Below, piece by piece: positions 29,684 to 33,631 of a DNA stretch of 33,631 bases. The DNA comes from Candidatus Zixiibacteriota bacterium (GTDB lineage: Bacteria; Zixibacteria; MSB-5A5; WJJR01). The stretch's first letter is position 1. Each line of letters begins with the position of its first letter. The position numbers were made by a program, and so were the translations under genes. The notes beneath the pieces were generated by a model. That model was not told where the DNA came from. It was given only the letters and a program-made list of their open reading frames with translations, and ran no database searches. The stretch spans positions 1 to 33,631 of the forward strand of contig JAVHPP010000126.1 in NCBI GenBank assembly GCA_036170655.1, in the 5' to 3' direction.

Positions 29684-30733
29684 GTGAACATCGGTATCCT
29701 GACTGGCGGGGGCGACTGCCCCGGGTTGAATGCGGTTATTAGAGCCGTCGTCGTCAAAGCGGTCAAACACAATCACTGGAAGGTGACTGGCATCTTCGAG
29801 GGATGGCGCGGCCTGATGCAAGACGGGCTAACGCGAGAGATCCAACTACCGGAGGTTTCGGGGATTCTGGGGCGAGGCGGAACGATTCTGAAGACGTCGC
29901 GCACGAATCCGGGAAAAACCCCGGGAGGATACGAACAAGTCATCGCGCGCGCCAAAGGACTCGGGCTGGATGCCGTGGTCGCCATCGGTGGCGAAGACAC
30001 TTTGGGGGTTGCTCTTCCCCTGTCCCAGCGCGGACTGGCTGTTGTCGGTGTCCCCAAGACGATCGACAATGACATCGTCGGGACCGACTACTGCTTTGGC
30101 TTCGACACGGCCATCAACACCGTGATGGAGGCCATCGACCGCGTGCGCACGACGACAGAATCGCACAAACGCGTGATGGTAGTCGAAGTGATGGGACGTC
30201 ACGCAGGCTGGATTGCCCTCGAAGGGGGCATGGCCGGCGGCGCAGACGTGATCCTTCTGCCGGAACGCAAATCTGATCTTTCGGAAATCTGTGCGCTGAT
30301 CAAGAAACGGCACGAAAGCGGCAAGGACTTTTCCATCGTTGTGGTCGCCGAAGGGGCCAAGGTCACGGCCGGATCATCCGACGGCAAGGAGACGATGATT
30401 ACACAGGATTCCAAGGTGGACGAATTCGGGCATGTCCGGCTGGGAGGCATCGGGCAGATGCTCTCGGAACAGATCGAGAAACGCACCGGATACGAGAGCC
30501 GGACCGTCATGCTGGGCCATGTCCAGCGGGGCGGGTCCCCAAGCGCCTTTGACCGCTATCTTTGCACGCGCTACGGAATCGAGGCGGTGCGTCTGATTGA
30601 GCAGAAACGTTTCGGGCAGATGGTCAGCCTCCGGGGCACCCAGATTGTCGCAATTCCCCTTTCGGAAGTGGCCGGGAAGACACGGACAGTCTCCGAGGAA
30701 CTCTATCAGGAAGCGGCACTTTTCTTCGGTTGA
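29684..30733 (+). CDS. pfkA: 6-phosphofructokinase (PfkA family, group III/mixed-substrate type)
   Basis: GILTGGGDCPGLNAVIRA, GGEDT, PKTIDND, EVMGRHAGWIA and LGHVQRGG. Confidence 0.95.
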   Translation: MNIGILTGGGDCPGLNAVIRAVVVKAVKHNHWKVTGIFEGWRGLMQDGLTREIQLPEVSGILGRGGTILKTSRTNPGKTPGGYEQVIARAKGLGLDAVVAIGGEDTLGVALPLSQRGLAVVGVPKTIDNDIVGTDYCFGFDTAINTVMEAIDRVRTTTESHKRVMVVEVMGRHAGWIALEGGMAGGADVILLPERKSDLSEICALIKKRHESGKDFSIVVVAEGAKVTAGSSDGKETMITQDSKVDEFGHVRLGGIGQMLSEQIEKRTGYESRTVMLGHVQRGGSPSAFDRYLCTRYGIEAVRLIEQKRFGQMVSLRGTQIVAIPLSEVAGKTRTVSEELYQEAALFFG

Positions 30734-30760
30734 TGGGGCAAATGAGGAAATCAAAGTCTG

Positions 30761-31486
30761 GTGCATAGATCAATCCGGAAACACGTTTCGCTTGCCGCGC
30801 TCGCACTCATAGCCGTGGCAATTGTAGCCAGCCCGGCAATCATATGGGGGCAGACCCGGCAGGGCGACCGTCTGGGGATCAGAGGCGGAATCTGGCCACA
30901 GCCCGCCGTGTCGGGCAGTCTCGGACAGACGCACGTTTACCCGGCGAACACGGATACTCTCTATACGGCGCGGTTTGTTGAAGACGGGTTCATCGCGCCG
31001 TTCGTCGAAATATACGGTCTCTTCCACCTCCGGTCGACGCTGTGGCTTGATTTGGCGGCAGGCTGGTCGACACGCCGGAACATCGAGGTGTTTGGTACAC
31101 GGCAAGAGGATACGCTCGTGTTGTTCTTGGGGTCTGGCCGGATAGATTATTTTCCCATGTTCGCCGGCATCCGCACCGTCCAGAACCTTGGCCATGGCGA
31201 CAAGCCACACAATGTCTACGCACGCGGCGGACTGGCGATTCTTTTCGCCAATGAATCACCCACGGTAGTGCAGGATTCAATTACGAAATACCGCCGGTAC
31301 ACACCCGGCACAAAGGCGGCATTTGGATTCGTGATCGCTACGGGAACAGAGTTCTACCTGACTCCCAATTTCGGCATGCTGGCCGACGCGCAGTACCGTT
31401 ACGCGAAGTTCCGGTATACACAGGATGCGAAGATTGACCTGTCGGGTTTTTGGCTCTCTCTGGGGATCACATTCAGGAATCGTTGA
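30761..31486 (+). CDS. Exported 8-stranded-type outer-membrane beta-barrel protein (paralog 1)
   Basis: Signal peptide, amphipathic strands, and a C-terminal DLSGFWLSLGITF beta-signal-like motif. Confidence 0.75.
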   Translation: MHRSIRKHVSLAALALIAVAIVASPAIIWGQTRQGDRLGIRGGIWPQPAVSGSLGQTHVYPANTDTLYTARFVEDGFIAPFVEIYGLFHLRSTLWLDLAAGWSTRRNIEVFGTRQEDTLVLFLGSGRIDYFPMFAGIRTVQNLGHGDKPHNVYARGGLAILFANESPTVVQDSITKYRRYTPGTKAAFGFVIATGTEFYLTPNFGMLADAQYRYAKFRYTQDAKIDLSGFWLSLGITFRNR

Positions 31487-31494
31487 GGCCGATC

Positions 31495-32235
31495 ATGATT
31501 CGTGAATGCAGGACACATTGGGCCCGTGTACGGATCGTTCTCTTTCAGGGACTGGCCTTGGTGTTGCTGGCCTCACTTTGGGGAATGTCTGCGGCACACG
31601 CGCAGCTTCGTCCGCATCGGCGGCAAGTCGCTCCGCCGGCTCCCATGACACCGGGCCTGGCCGGGAAGAATGCCCTTGGCGGCCTACTGGGGCCGTGGTT
31701 CTCAAAGGAACTGGCGAAAGAGATCGTGGGCCCGGATTACCGGATCGCGGCCAGTGCAACAGCTTTTCATCTGGAACTGTTCTACCAGCCCCGTCTGACA
31801 GGGGTGGTCAATCTCGATCTCAACGTGGGGGCCATTGGCCGTGGAGACATCCGGATCTCCAACGGAATCGAAGACACGTACGGCACCGCGACTCTATACC
31901 CGATCGGCTTCGGGGTACGTATAGCTCCGTTGGCACAGCACGCCACTTGGACGGTGCAACCGATGTTGCGCGTCGGCGGCTCGCTCGTGATCGGAACAGA
32001 ACGGTTTCAGTCCGTGGTCAATACAAACATCGGCACGCTCATCGGCCAATCAATGCAATCACGCGTTGCTCCCGGATTCTACGGAGGCGCAGGGCTCATC
32101 TGGCTTCTGGGAAACCGGCTGGCGCTGACCGGCAATGCGAAATATCAACAGGTCAAGTTCTCGAAGGAGCTCTTTGGCAGCAAGGATTACTCTGGCCTGC
32201 AGGTTCTGATCGGAGTCATGTATCTGTACCTGTAA
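31495..32235 (+). CDS. Exported 8-stranded-type outer-membrane beta-barrel protein (paralog 2)
   Basis: Signal peptide ending AHA-Q, amphipathic strands, and C-terminal DYSGLQVLIGVMYLYL. Confidence 0.75.
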   Translation: MIRECRTHWARVRIVLFQGLALVLLASLWGMSAAHAQLRPHRRQVAPPAPMTPGLAGKNALGGLLGPWFSKELAKEIVGPDYRIAASATAFHLELFYQPRLTGVVNLDLNVGAIGRGDIRISNGIEDTYGTATLYPIGFGVRIAPLAQHATWTVQPMLRVGGSLVIGTERFQSVVNTNIGTLIGQSMQSRVAPGFYGGAGLIWLLGNRLALTGNAKYQQVKFSKELFGSKDYSGLQVLIGVMYLYL

Positions 32236-33273
<1,038 letters not shown>

Positions 33274-33337
33274 GAGAAGGGGCGGGCGGGACCCCCACCC
33301 TGCGCCGGGACGCGCCACCGCAATTTGAGAAGAGAAC

Positions 33338-33631
33338 ATGAACAAGAAAACGATCGATGACGTGATTCTCTCCGGCAAACGTGTGCTGGTCCGGGTGGAT
33401 TTCAATGTCCCGATCGAGGGCGGACATATCACCGATGACACGCGCCTGATGGCATCGCTGCCGACGATCCGCAAAGTGTGTGAATCCGGCGGACGCGCCA
33501 TTCTGATGTCTCATTTGGGACGTCCGAAGGGACAAGTGAAACCGGAGTTTTCCCTGCGTCCTGTGGCGGAGCGCCTGAGGCAGCTGCTGACGCAATCGGT
33601 CGCCTTCGCCGAGGACTGCGTTGGCGAAGCG
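33338..33631 (+). CDS. pgk: Phosphoglycerate kinase, 5' part (runs off the window)
   Basis: Not in the ORF track because it has no stop in the window. Reads [37 protein letters not shown]...[10 protein letters not shown]...SLRPVA. Confidence 0.97.
   Translation, partial: MNKKTIDDVILSGKRVLVRVDFNVPIEGGHITDDTRLMASLPTIRKVCESGGRAILMSHLGRPKGQVKPEFSLRPVAERLRQLLTQSVAFAEDCVGEA

Overview
A GC-rich, gene-dense bacterial chromosome segment made mostly of core genes. I see no mobile element, CRISPR array or rRNA. Gene style (LptFG, several outer-membrane barrels, secreted proteins with FlgD-like/T9SS-like C-terminal domains, a PorV-like barrel) suggests a diderm of the FCB group, possibly a Zixibacteria-like lineage; this is inference only. 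Left to right: an outer-membrane cluster (partial gene, small barrel, a 3xLTD/2xCARDB surface protein, a PorV-like barrel); dgt; a degenerate RNase HI-fold gene behind a consensus sigma54 promoter; holA; ECF sigma/anti-sigma; pcm; PspC and LiaF-like envelope-stress genes; a polar amino acid ABC transporter plus a secreted S8 protease; tRNA-Gly(TCC); a lipoprotein; a minus-strand yhaM-like/mreB/rnr/DegT/sugar-transferase run; lptFG; minus-strand nucleotidyltransferase/metK/ahcY; and pfkA, two paralogous barrels, gap and partial pgk. The most notable readable signals are the sigma54-driven pseudo-RNase H, two SigW-like promoters outlining a local ECF regulon, a probable AUC start codon for the ABC permease, the LTD-CARDB/PorV-like surface module and the barrel pair inside the glycolytic operon. 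All calls come from motif recognition by eye; no searches were run.
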